Shown here piece by piece: positions 26,891 through 37,900 of a stretch of DNA of 39,430 bases. Within the stretch, counting starts at the first letter, position 1, and the number at the start of each line of letters is the position of its first letter. The notes beneath the pieces are model-generated. The model was not told the DNA's origin and ran no database searches. It worked only from the letters and a program-made list of their open reading frames with translations. The translations under genes and the position numbers were made by a program. This stretch comes from a bacterium (GTDB taxonomy: Bacteria; Babelota; Babeliae; Babelales; JAUWHS01): positions 1-39,430 of the forward strand of contig JBDRFY010000018.1 of assembly GCA_043818275.1 (NCBI GenBank). Direction: 5' to 3'.

Positions 26891-27394
26891 TTAGTTTTTC
26901 AATTCCTGAAAATTAAGAATTTGAAATTGATTTTTGAAAACATTGATAAGTTTTTGTAAATCCTGCGGCGTTATAAGAATTGTCGCGTCATTGCTTAAAG
27001 GATGAAATCCCAATATTTCCTGATCAAATAATCTTTGATCCAAAATAACTTTAACAACATGATTTTTATCATTAACAAGTCCAAGGGGTGTAACAGAACC
27101 TGGAGTAACCCCCAAAAATTCCAGTAATAACTTTTCATCAGCGAATCGCAATTCCGGCGCATTAATTTTTTTTGATAATTCTTTTAATCTGATTTGTGTA
27201 TCAAAAAGTGCGACAACTAGCCATAAATTTTTCTTGCTGTCCTTCAAAAACAAATTTTTACATTGTCCAAATTGAGGTAATTCTTCATATAAATGCATTG
27301 CTTGCTCAACTGTAAAAACTGGTTTATGAATATAATTTTGATATTTTATTTTCAGCTCATCCAAAAAATTAAATAATTGTTGAGAGGTAAACAT
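26891..27394 (-). CDS. YbaK/ProXp-ala (PrdX-like) aminoacyl-tRNA deacylase
   Basis: H.PVFTVE, KNLFLKD.KK, LRFA, LGVTPGSVTP.GL.ND, FHPL.N. Confidence 0.92.
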   Translation of the reverse strand: MFTSQQLFNFLDELKIKYQNYIHKPVFTVEQAMHLYEELPQFGQCKNLFLKDSKKNLWLVVALFDTQIRLKELSKKINAPELRFADEKLLLEFLGVTPGSVTPLGLVNDKNHVVKVILDQRLFDQEILGFHPLSNDATILITPQDLQKLINVFKNQFQILNFQELKN

Positions 27395-27443
27395 TTAGAA
27401 TTCCTTAAAAAAATAAAATATTAATTCTGAACAAAAAGTATGA

Positions 27444-28715
27444 TTAATATCTGCATCTTCTGCCCGTGCGATTACCAGCCCAATTATTTGATCGGTAAAA
27501 ACGTTTGTTTTTATTTTCATTTTTATTTTGAGAATGCAAATATGCGTCATGATTAGTGTTTTCTATTTTTCTTGGAATAAATTCAATTTCTGGAAGATCT
27601 GTCGCACTTTTTCGTTCAATATAAATATTAGTATATTTCATAATATTTCTAAAAGTATGAAACTCTGATCTTGATACCAGACTAATCGCCTTACCTGTTT
27701 TTCCAGCTCTACCAGTTCTTCCAATTCTGTGAACATATGATTCACGTTCCCTTGGAATACCATAGTTAAAAATAACTTCAACATTAGAAACATCGATACC
27801 GCGAGCAGCGACATCTGTTGCAACCAGAATATTAATTTTTGCATTTCTAAATTTATTCATAATAGAATCACGTTTAGCCTGTCTTATATCACCATGAATA
27901 GCTGCAGAATAAAAGCCCTGCGAACGTAAATCATCACAAACAACATCAACATTTCTTTTGGTATTACAAAAAACAATAGATAATCTTGGATTGTGTTTGG
28001 TAAGTAATTGAGTAAGTAAAAATGTTTTTTTTGAAGGTTCAACATCAAAATATGTTTGTTCTATCATTTTTGAATGAATTTCTTCATTTGAAATTTTAAT
28101 TATTTTGGGGTTTTTTTGAAACTTATGTGTTAAATCCAGAACTTCACGAGGAATGGTGGCAGAAAAAAGAACAGTCTGTCTGTTATTCGGCATACCTTTT
28201 AAAATTTCCTGAAGATCTTGTCTGAATCCCATATCAAGCATTTCATCCGCTTCATCCAAAACAACCATTTTCACTTTATCTACTTTTAAAGTACCTCGTT
28301 TAATGTGATCCAAAGTTCTTCCTGGAGTACCAACAATAATTTTAGGATTTCTTTTTAACCCAAAAAATTGTCTTTGAATTGGCTGACCACCATAAATCGG
28401 TAATGCGGAAATATTTCTTTTATATTTTAAAAATTTACCTATTTCAGATGAAACCTGAATTGCAAGCTCTCTTGTTGGACACAAAACAAGAACCTGAACA
28501 TCTCTTATTTTTTCATCTACTCGTTCAATTGCAGGAAGACCAAATGCAGCAGTTTTACCTGTACCAGTTGAAGCCTGACCTACAATATCATTTCCTAAAA
28601 TAATTTCCGGAATTGCTTTTTCCTGAATAGGAGTAGTTTGCTCAAATCCCATATCTGATATGGCTTTTAAAGTTTCTCTTGATAAGTTTAATTCTTCAAA
28701 TTTTAATTTACTCAT
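27444..28715 (-). CDS. DEAD-box RNA helicase (CshA/DeaD-like core, short C-tail)
   Basis: Q motif, TGTGKT, PTRELA, TPGR, DEAD, SAT, ARGID, HRIGRTGRAG. Confidence 0.95.
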   Translation of the reverse strand: MSKLKFEELNLSRETLKAISDMGFEQTTPIQEKAIPEIILGNDIVGQASTGTGKTAAFGLPAIERVDEKIRDVQVLVLCPTRELAIQVSSEIGKFLKYKRNISALPIYGGQPIQRQFFGLKRNPKIIVGTPGRTLDHIKRGTLKVDKVKMVVLDEADEMLDMGFRQDLQEILKGMPNNRQTVLFSATIPREVLDLTHKFQKNPKIIKISNEEIHSKMIEQTYFDVEPSKKTFLLTQLLTKHNPRLSIVFCNTKRNVDVVCDDLRSQGFYSAAIHGDIRQAKRDSIMNKFRNAKINILVATDVAARGIDVSNVEVIFNYGIPRERESYVHRIGRTGRAGKTGKAISLVSRSEFHTFRNIMKYTNIYIERKSATDLPEIEFIPRKIENTNHDAYLHSQNKNENKNKRFYRSNNWAGNRTGRRCRY

Positions 28716-29063
28716 AAATTATAAAATCCTTTAGTTTTTGTAAGCTTAAATGCCTACTTATTAAATTAACATTGTCTCGTTAAGCGTTTTTCTTATTAGT
28801 TCTCACTAATTTGGCTCTCACACTTAAAGTCGACTTGCTCAATTTTAATAAGCAAACAAAAATAGAAGTAAAATACTTCTTACAAAAACCTCTAGATATT
28901 ATGGTAAATAAATACTTTGAGATTCTTAACCTTTAAAGAAAGCCCCCAGACAATCTCACTTTTTTTAAACATTAGTTTACACTGGAAAAGCTTATTGTCT
29001 TAAGTAAACACTTTAAAAAATTTAAAATTAATATACGAAATTAATCATTAAATTGATTATATC

Positions 29064-29091
29064 AGCCTAACAAAAGCCATTTATTTGTCAA
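29064..29091 (-). promoter_or_regulatory. Candidate sigma70 promoter for the helicase
   Basis: Minus strand TTGACA(29091-29086)-N16-TAGGCT with TGn extended -10; a TATAAT lies just downstream (29061-29056). Confidence 0.35.
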
Positions 29092-29145
29092 ACGGCTAAA
29101 AGCCAAACAAACTATAAAAACAAGGTTTTTAGCAAAATTAACGCT

Positions 29146-29976
29146 CTAAATTGAACAACTTCTCCCAAACCGCTGTTTTTTCGCATATACAACTTCTGTT
29201 GTTAATCTATTATCCTCTGATACTGAACAAATTGTATAACTATGCCCACCTACACCAATAATTGGGATATTACACCATTTCATAGAAAATGACCGATGAA
29301 AATGTCCATTTATAATTCCAATAACATTGTGATTTTTAATGGTATTATAAAAATCTTTTCTAACATAATCATCCATACGATGACAATCCTGAAAAATTGA
29401 ATAATGAAAAAAAATAATTATGGGAACTCCCATGTCAACATTTGTTAAAAAATTTTTAAGCTCTTTTCTTATTTCTTCAGTTGGATAAATTCCACAGCAT
29501 ATAAATAAAACATCTTTTAACAAAAAAGAATAATTTATTTTTTTTACTTTACAAAAATTTTCATAAAGAGTTTCTGAATTATAATCATCCCACCATGATG
29601 GACAACCTGCATCATGATTTCCAACACACAAACCAATTTTTTCTATTCCTATTTTTTGCGCAATTGGAGTAAGCCAATTGTAAACAAATCCTTTCCATTG
29701 ATTTTCAAATAAGGTTTCACCTTGCTTGATACCATTCTCAGTTAAATCACCAACCATCAAAATCAAATCAATATCATTATTATCTGAAAGATCTTTTAAC
29801 AATTTATCTCTAACCATTAACTTTCCATTATCCATAACACGTTTCTTTTCATTCCAAAACAAACAATTATTTCCTCCAACATGCAGGTCTGAAACGGCGA
29901 TAAATTTAAATGAATTTAAAGAATAGAAAAATAAAAGAAATAAAAGAAAATATAAAAATCCTGATTTAATCTTCAT
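29146..29976 (-). CDS. Secreted calcineurin-like metallophosphoesterase
   Basis: Signal peptide; SDLH, GDLTE, GNHD, FFH, GHFH motifs. Confidence 0.9.
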   Translation of the reverse strand: MKIKSGFLYFLLFLLFFYSLNSFKFIAVSDLHVGGNNCLFWNEKKRVMDNGKLMVRDKLLKDLSDNNDIDLILMVGDLTENGIKQGETLFENQWKGFVYNWLTPIAQKIGIEKIGLCVGNHDAGCPSWWDDYNSETLYENFCKVKKINYSFLLKDVLFICCGIYPTEEIRKELKNFLTNVDMGVPIIIFFHYSIFQDCHRMDDYVRKDFYNTIKNHNVIGIINGHFHRSFSMKWCNIPIIGVGGHSYTICSVSEDNRLTTEVVYAKKQRFGRSCSI

Positions 29977-30117
29977 GGGGCCCCCCTGATAATCAAAGAT
30001 TATTATATTAAAGAATACTAAATCAATTTTCCGGACATCAAGAATTCTCTGATTTGTTAAATTTATTTTTTATTTACGGTATATTTACAAGATATTTTTA
30101 ATACAAAAGGAACAAAA

Positions 30118-30693
30118 ATGAAGAAAACTATTTATTATGCAACAGGAAATAATGCAAAATTTGAACAAGTTAAACATTTCGTAGAAAAAGAAAATCCAAA
30201 TTTAACAATAAAACAATTTATTGAAGACATTCCTGAAATTCAGACAACTGATCAAAAAACAATTGCAATATCAAAGGCTTTGCAGGCATGGAAAAAGTTA
30301 CAAAAACCATTACTTGTAGATGATAGTGGACTTTATTTTACTCAATACAATAATTTTCCTGGCGCGCTAACAAAATTCGTTTATCAGGGAATTGGGTACA
30401 AAGGAATTTTAAAATTGGTTGAAAACGATAACCGCGCGTTTTTTCTTGTTTGCATGGTTTATATTTTTGATAAAAATAAATTTGAAATATTTGAAGGTAA
30501 AGTTGATGGAGTAATAAAACCTCCAGTTGATGAACCGCCACATCCTCAACTGCCAATGAATAATATTTTTTATCCCGAAGGCGGAGATACGAGTTACGCA
30601 AAATATTATATTGAAAATGAACCTGGCCTTGTTAAAGATAACGCAAGAATTAAAGCGGCAAGAAAATTTTTAGCCTGGTTTTCAAAACAGTAA
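30118..30693 (+). CDS. HAM1/RdgB-family non-canonical purine NTP pyrophosphatase (divergent C-terminal motifs)
   Basis: ATGN..K, PEIQ, A..KA, VDDSGL, FPG...K, FEG...G.I. Confidence 0.85.
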   Translation: MKKTIYYATGNNAKFEQVKHFVEKENPNLTIKQFIEDIPEIQTTDQKTIAISKALQAWKKLQKPLLVDDSGLYFTQYNNFPGALTKFVYQGIGYKGILKLVENDNRAFFLVCMVYIFDKNKFEIFEGKVDGVIKPPVDEPPHPQLPMNNIFYPEGGDTSYAKYYIENEPGLVKDNARIKAARKFLAWFSKQ

Positions 30694-30716
30694 GAAAAAA
30701 AATTTCACTCTTTTTT

Positions 30717-30764
30717 AAAAATAAAAAACCGGCGAGTCTAAACTCGCCGGTTTTTTATTTTTTT
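30717..30764. terminator. Bidirectional intrinsic terminator
   Basis: AAAAATAAAAAACCGGCGAGT-CTAA-ACTCGCCGGTTTTTTATTTTT between convergent genes. Confidence 0.9.
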
Positions 30765-30785
30765 ATTTAATTAATTTATCTGAGA

Positions 30786-31469
30786 TTAATCAAAATAATT
30801 AATTATTGCATCAAGATCTGCATCCACACCTTCTTCAACTGCATCATTAATAGCAGTTAATAATTCTGGTTTGTTTGCTTTGAGATATTTGTAAAGATAA
30901 ACAACGCCTGCTGCAACTACTGCAACGGTTAAAGCACCTTCAGCTATTATGGAACCTGTACCTCTGTTATCCCAGAAAAAACCTTTAGTTGCTGATGCGC
31001 CAGATGAAACAGCATTTGTTACTTTGTTATCTGCAGCCCATGCTCTTGCGCCAGCTGTTCTATTCCAACCAAAGCGACCTGTTTTTTCATCAACAGCTTT
31101 TGCGCCATTTGCAACGTGACTAGCTGACCATTTAGCAAGATCTACACCATAAACGAAAGAATGATCATAAACTGGTTTAACAAAATAAGATACAACTGCT
31201 AGTGTTAGTGTTCCTGCAACTGCTGCAGACATATAAGGATGAGATTTAACAACATCATTAACAACAAAATTTACAATGTTATCAAGTTTTTCTTTTGCAA
31301 CTTCTAATTTACCTTTTTCATTTTCTTGCACGACAACTTCTTCTTTAGCATTTTCAGCTTCTAAAGTTTTAAGTTGATCCTGAATATTTGAAAGCATTTG
31401 TCTTTGATTTGCTGCAACAACGTTGCCAACGGCTAATGAAAGTAACAAAACATACAAAAGTTTTTTCAT
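30786..31469 (-). CDS. Hypothetical secreted/membrane protein, Ala/Val-rich
   Basis: GAGGAA RBS before ATG 31469, signal peptide MKKLLYVLLLSLAVGNVVA, two further hydrophobic segments, strong terminator. Confidence 0.8.
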   Translation of the reverse strand: MKKLLYVLLLSLAVGNVVAANQRQMLSNIQDQLKTLEAENAKEEVVVQENEKGKLEVAKEKLDNIVNFVVNDVVKSHPYMSAAVAGTLTLAVVSYFVKPVYDHSFVYGVDLAKWSASHVANGAKAVDEKTGRFGWNRTAGARAWAADNKVTNAVSSGASATKGFFWDNRGTGSIIAEGALTVAVVAAGVVYLYKYLKANKPELLTAINDAVEEGVDADLDAIINYFD

Positions 31470-31773
31470 TGATTTCCTCATCTAATAAATAACCTGTTAT
31501 ATAACAACACAATTTTCAACAACCACCATTTTTATTTGTTTGATCGCATCAAATATTCCCCATAAAAAAAAAGCCTCCCCAACAAAATTACAGTGCGCTT
31601 ATATTATTGTTAAACTTGAAAAAGTCAAAGAAATCTTTGAAAGCAAAGCAAAATTAGTCAACCAATGTTAGCATAAGCTTTCTAAATTGCAAGAAAAAAA
31701 ATAAAAAAAATGATTAAAAACGTAGCATCTAAACGTTTTAATGTGGAAAATATATAACATAATAAAATTTAAA

Positions 31774-34467
31774 TCAAAAGTTTTTGCAAATATTTTTTTT
31801 ATTCTTCAAATTCCACAAAAAATCAAACGCCTGCTTTAAAGTTATTTCATCCAGATTAAGCTCTTCAATTGATTGAATTATTTTTTTATTTTGTATCAAT
31901 TGAGCCTTCAGATCGTCAACTTCCAGCAACAGTTTTTTTTGATCCTCCGAATGAAAAATATTTAAATCATTTTCACTTCCATTATCACGTACAACTTCAA
32001 ATAAACTTTGCTGCTTCAATAATTTTTTTTCTAAAATTTTTTGCGCTTCCATTTTTTCAAGTAAATTTGCAGCTCTTGAAACAACTAATGGCGGTAAATT
32101 TGCAAGTTTTGCAACTTCAAGCCCAAAGCTTCCACCTGAAATTCCTTTTACAACTTTATATAAAAAAACAATCTGATCCTTTATTTTTTTACTTTCCATA
32201 TGGTAATTTGCAATTCCAGAAAAACGATTACTCAATTTTGTTATTTCATGATAATGAGTTGCAAATAATGTGCGCGCTCCAATTTTTTGAAAAATATATT
32301 CAACAATAGATTGCGCCAGAGCCATACCATCAAAAGTACTCGTTCCTCTTCCAACTTCATCCAAAATAACCAGGCTATTTTTTGTAGCCTGATTGCAAAT
32401 AGTTGCCGTTTCTTCCATTTCAACTAAAAAAGTACTTTTACCTTCGGCTAAATTATCACCCGACCCAATTCGTGTAAAAATTCTGTCTAAAATTGGTAAA
32501 TTCACCTTATCTGCCGGAACAAAACTTCCGCATTGCGCCATAATACAAATTAAAGCAACCTGACGCAAATAAGTTGATTTACCACCCATATTTGGTCCAG
32601 TCAAAATCCATAATGATTCTTTATCGGTCAAATTTGTGTCATTTGGAATAAATGTGGAATTTAATTTTTGCTCAACAACTGGATGTCTTCCATTTTTAAT
32701 AATGATTTCATTTTTAGAATTAAAAACTGGCTGAACGTAAGAATATTGATAAGCGACATCTGCAAGACCAAAAATTGCGTCAAAATAAGAAAGAGCTTGC
32801 GCAAGTTGTCGCAAATCATTTAACCGAATCTCAACCTCTTTTTTTACCGCATCGAAAATTTTTTGTTCAACCTCATCAACATCATTTTTTGCTTTTAACA
32901 AAAGAGTTTCCAATTCTCTTAATTTTGGAGTTACAAAGCGGGTTCGGTTAACTAAAGTTTGTTGCTGAATATAATAATCCGGAACAAACCGCAAATTTGG
33001 TTTTGTAATTTCAATGTAATAACCTGAAATATTGTTAAATCTAATTTTTAAACTCGAAATTTTAGTTTTTTCAATTTCTTCTTTTTCCAATTCCAAAATT
33101 TTTTGCTGCCCATTATTTGCCAAATCTCTTAACTCATCTAAATTTAAATCAAAACATGGCTTAATTATCACATTTAAATTAGCTTCATCATTCAAACTTG
33201 CATCCAAAAAATCTGCCAATGTTGAAAAATTTTGTAATTTATCTTTAATTAAATGTGCTAAATGAAAATCCAAATTTTCAGTAATTAAATTTTGTAATTT
33301 TGGCAACACAAATAAAGTTTGCTTTAAAGATAAGTAATCATTAACAGCGGCTCGTTGCAATGCAATTCGGCCAACAATTCGTTCAATATCTGAAATTGAA
33401 GCCAAAATTTCTTCAACCTTTTGCATCAGAGAAATATCTTTACTTAACGCGGCAATAATTTCCTGGCGGTGAATAATTGATTTTTCCTGAATTAACGGAC
33501 GCATCAACCATTTTTTTATTGTACGCGAACCCATTGCTGTTTTAGCTCTGTCCAAAATTGAAAATAAACTATTTTTTCTTGATCCATCCTGATTATTTTT
33601 TATAATTTCAAGATTTTTCTGCGTTGAAGAATCTAAAATTAAATAATCTTCCGGTTCATAAAAATGAATATTTTTAAGTTGGTCTAATGCCTTATCCTGA
33701 TTTTTTTTTAAATAAAAATATAAATTTTCAAGAGCGGAAAACATAGCCGGAAATTTATGCAACTTATCCACAACCGAAGAATCAAACTGGTTTTCAATCC
33801 AAAGTTTTGAAATTTCCGGGCCAACAATATCTTTTCCCTGCTCTCCCTGTTCATTTTGCAAAAATGAAGAAAAACTGACCATATAACCAAGCCGTTTAAA
33901 ATATGAAGAAAAATTTTGCATCTTTTTTGAATCCGGCAAAATTATTTCATCCGGAAAAAAACGTCCCAGCTCAGTTTCAATAATTCTGTATGAATCCTGA
34001 GAAATTGCTGTCGCAAATATTTGAGCCGTTAAAAGCTCTATAAAAATCAATCCCCACTGCTTTTGTCCTGGATAAAAAGAAAAAAGATATGACGCGGATT
34101 TATCATCAAGCATTGATGAATCTGTTAATGTTCCCGGAGTAAAAACCTGAGTAACTTTTCTGTCTACAACTTTTCCCGGTTCCGGTTTTGTAATCTGATC
34201 GCAAATTGCAACTTTAAATCCACCTTTAATCATCTTAATTAAATAATGATTAAGCGCGTGAACAGGAATTCCACATAACGGAACATCCACGCCTTTATTT
34301 TTTCCTCGTTTGGTGAGCGCTATTGCCAAATAAGAAGATGTAATTCTGGCATCCTCAAAAAACAATTCATAAAAATCGCCAACCTGAAAAAATAAAATGG
34401 TATCCGGATATTCAGATTTAATTTTGAAATATTGCTCCATCAAGGGAGTATTTTTTTCTTGTGACAT
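31774..34467 (-). CDS. mutS: DNA mismatch repair protein MutS
   Basis: TPLMEQY, FFQVGDFYELF, GRHPVVE, TGPNMGGKSTYLRQ, STFLVEM, DEVGRGTST, FATHYHE. Confidence 0.97.
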   Translation of the reverse strand: MSQEKNTPLMEQYFKIKSEYPDTILFFQVGDFYELFFEDARITSSYLAIALTKRGKNKGVDVPLCGIPVHALNHYLIKMIKGGFKVAICDQITKPEPGKVVDRKVTQVFTPGTLTDSSMLDDKSASYLFSFYPGQKQWGLIFIELLTAQIFATAISQDSYRIIETELGRFFPDEIILPDSKKMQNFSSYFKRLGYMVSFSSFLQNEQGEQGKDIVGPEISKLWIENQFDSSVVDKLHKFPAMFSALENLYFYLKKNQDKALDQLKNIHFYEPEDYLILDSSTQKNLEIIKNNQDGSRKNSLFSILDRAKTAMGSRTIKKWLMRPLIQEKSIIHRQEIIAALSKDISLMQKVEEILASISDIERIVGRIALQRAAVNDYLSLKQTLFVLPKLQNLITENLDFHLAHLIKDKLQNFSTLADFLDASLNDEANLNVIIKPCFDLNLDELRDLANNGQQKILELEKEEIEKTKISSLKIRFNNISGYYIEITKPNLRFVPDYYIQQQTLVNRTRFVTPKLRELETLLLKAKNDVDEVEQKIFDAVKKEVEIRLNDLRQLAQALSYFDAIFGLADVAYQYSYVQPVFNSKNEIIIKNGRHPVVEQKLNSTFIPNDTNLTDKESLWILTGPNMGGKSTYLRQVALICIMAQCGSFVPADKVNLPILDRIFTRIGSGDNLAEGKSTFLVEMEETATICNQATKNSLVILDEVGRGTSTFDGMALAQSIVEYIFQKIGARTLFATHYHEITKLSNRFSGIANYHMESKKIKDQIVFLYKVVKGISGGSFGLEVAKLANLPPLVVSRAANLLEKMEAQKILEKKLLKQQSLFEVVRDNGSENDLNIFHSEDQKKLLLEVDDLKAQLIQNKKIIQSIEELNLDEITLKQAFDFLWNLKNKKNICKNF

Positions 34468-34508
34468 AATCAATTTTTACTTTTTAATTTGATCGTATTT
34501 TTATATTT

Positions 34509-34904
34509 TAACTCAAGTTGCTACCTATAAATTATGCCCCTTTGGGGCTAAAGTTATTAGCCTTCAGCCTACGTACCGCAAATAGCGGCACTTCGGCGGA
34601 CAGGCTGGGTTTTAACCCGTGGTTGTATAAAATATATAAGATTCACCCCGTTTTATGGGGTGATAGAATAAAATTTTAATAATTTTTTACTATCGTACCC
34701 TATTCTACTTCGCCAAGGCTTCGCAGAATCAATCCTCCGAAGCTTTAGCGAAGGAGGAAAAGGGCACGAATTTTTATATTCAATTTAAAACCACGGGTTA
34801 AAACCCAGCCTGTCCGCCGAAGCATTTGCGTAGGCTGAAGGCTATTAACTATAACCCTTAACAGGGTTTATTTATAAAAATTTCAAAGGTAGCAACTTAG
34901 GTTA
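34509..34904. mobile_element. ~400-bp non-coding symmetric MITE/REP composite
   Basis: Outer IR TAACTCAAGTTGCTACCT / AGGTAGCAACTTAGGTTA (16/18); inner IR 34552-34624 / 34789-34850; several nested hairpins. Confidence 0.75.
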
Positions 34905-34906
34905 TT

Positions 34907-37900
34907 CTAATCAAAATCAATCAATGGCTCAACACTGTTGTAATCTTCAAACAACTTTTTCTCACAAAGCAACCCAAAATATTTTGGCAAAACAACATGC
35001 TCCAAAAGTTTAATCGCAGCTTTGAAATCTTTTTTACTCCCGCGTCTTACAACAATATTTGATTCAGGATCTTTCAAAACCATTTCAAGAGTTGCAATAA
35101 AACGAACGAATAATCTTAACGGCCCAATTTGATCCTGAGATACCAAATAAACTTTTTTATCATTATTTCCCCATAATCCCCAACCACCAGAATTTTTCTT
35201 TTTCTTTTTATCATCCCGATCACCCTCCCTTCGACTACGCTCAGGGTGAGCGGATGGAAGGGGTTTCTTTTTTCTGTCTTTGTAAGGTCCATTTTTCTTT
35301 GCTTGCTCAACTATTGTTTTTTGATCTCTTTTCCACAACTCACTTCCTTTTAAAATCTCGTATAATTTTGATGTTGTAATAACAATATCCGCGCCGAACT
35401 GTTTTTGATATCTCTGAATCAAAAAGGTAATTATCGATTTTTTATTTGAAAGTTTTTTTGTCGATTCAAGATCTGAATCAAAACCAAAAATACCACAATT
35501 TGTAGCTTTACTGTCCCAATTCAAACGATAAATTTGTTTGTCAAATTGACCCCATTCCGATTGCTGAATAAGTTTTAAATTAAAAAGTTCTCCAACTTTT
35601 TTTTCTTTTTTATCTATTTGACCTTCATATTCTTCAAAATATTTTCTAACCAGATAAAAATGGTCAGACTGATCTTTTTTAACAACAAATGGAGGAACAA
35701 AATATTTTTCTTTCTCAATTTCTACCCTTGCTTCATATTCTCCCTGGGCAAAAATCAGATTTGAAATAGTGGCATACCAACTGGACCTCAAATTTCTGAT
35801 AAAAGGGGTTAATAAATTTTCATCGCGACAAAATTTATTAAACAAATACAATCCATTTAATTGATTCCCATCATTAAAGTTAACTGATTGATTATAAATT
35901 CCATCTGCTTTAACAGAACTATCACCACAAATATCCGCGACAGGAAAATCCCATAAATCTATCAAATGTTCATTTTGTATAAAATTCCTGTCTGAAAAAA
36001 ATTCAATTAATTTTTCAGAAAATTTATAAATATAATCAAAATCAAGTTTCTGAACATTTACAAAAGATTTAGATAAACCATAAATATTTTCAAGGTTCAT
36101 ACATTCAAGTTTAACTTTTTGCGAAATAAAATCCTTTGTAAAATCAATATCCTGATTTGATAATAAGTCTAATTCTTTTTTCAATGTTTCTGTTAACTCA
36201 CACAACCCCACACCTTCGATATCTTCTTTCTGTTTCTGCGCAATTAATTTGTACATAGCCAATCTGACCAATGTTTCAAATTCAAAAGATTTTATGATTT
36301 TTTGTTTTGAATCATATTTATTTAATAAAAATAATAATTCTGAGTCATTTACAAAATTTCGATATAAACTAAGTTGTGGATCAAATTCTTCATAAAGCAA
36401 CGCCAATTGTTGCAACAAATAATTAATTCTTATATTTTCACGGGATGATCTTGGATACATACTGATAAAATCCACAAAAACAATATTTTCAATTTCAGCG
36501 TTTTTTAATTTCGCAATCAAATCTTCTAAAAAATTTAAATATGGCAACGGGAAACGAACGCCATCAAAAAATAACATTTGTTCAGCTTCGACATTTTTTA
36601 AACCTTCAGACTGAACTTCTCCAAGAGCACACAACACTCTAATTTGAGATAAATCGGTTAATTTAAATAAATAAATTGCGCCATCAATTTGAAACGGAAT
36701 CCACAAATTAGTTTTATCTTTTTTAAGCAAAAACAAATTTTTTATAAATGATTTTTCAACATTTTGCTCAGCATTTAAATTTTGTGAAAAAAATCCATTA
36801 ATTTTAATTTCTGCTTCAACTTCAGTTTTTAATTTTTCATATTTTTGATGAAATTCATCTTTATTTTGTCTTACAAAATCCTTAACACTCTCTAATTTAT
36901 CCTCCTGAAGTTCTCTTTCAGCTGAAACGAAAACCAGCCCATCCGGTTTATATGTAAAATGACTAATTTGCGCTGGAAGATCCGCGACAAAAACATTTTC
37001 CTTAACTTTAAACATATCTGCCAACTGTGAAGAAGAATTATCAACACGTTCAAAACTTTCAACATCATCGCCATGAATTAACCTGTTTTTAACGTTTCCA
37101 AGCAATGTTGTTTTCCCAACGCCATCAACAAAACTACAAAAAATATAAACTGTCGGCTTGTTATTTCTTGGAATAAGCTGTTTTGAAAAACGTTTGACAA
37201 AATCCTGGGCATTAGCCGTCGCTTCTTTTTCCTGTTTTAGTGAAACCTCAATCGGATAAGTAATATCCGGACCTGTAAAAAATTTCAAAAAAGGCATAAA
37301 TGATCGAATCAAATGTTTTGCGTATTCAATTGAAAAAAAGATATCCGCGGTTCCCGCAACCTGTTTGTTGTTCACCTGCAACGCATTTTTATATAAATTT
37401 TTCCAAAAAATTAATAACTCTTTAAAAACTCCCTTGCAATTTTGTTTTTTTATTTTTTCCAAAATAGGTAAAGTACATTGCGTAATTAATTTATGAGCCT
37501 GGCCAAAAGCATGTTCCTGAAAAATATCCGCCTGATCCCTGAAAATTTCAATTTTATTTGAATTTATGTGTTCAAAAAGAGGTTCTTGTTCCTCAAACCA
37601 CAAATCATTAAAATAATCCAAATCTTTGAATAAAAAACCGGTCATAAATCCAAATTTATTATGCAATTTTAACGACCAACCCACTTTATGTTTAAACATA
37701 GCCTCATCGTTAATTTTGGGTTTGGCGTAATTTGTGTAATACGTAGGAACAGCCTGTTCTTCATAGCCACAAATAACAATTCGTCCAAAAAGATTAAATC
37801 CCTGCGCGGTCAAACTTTCTTCCAGTTCATCCAGACTTGTAGCCGTTTTTTCCAAAATAAAAGGATGATATTCATGCGTATATCGTCCCTCGGCGTTAAA

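Noticed and set aside
31869..32309. 146-aa antisense ORF in mutS and the other 60-100-aa shadow ORFs in the track
   Set aside because: Fully overlapping well-supported genes on the opposite strand or in another frame, with no recognisable motifs or RBS
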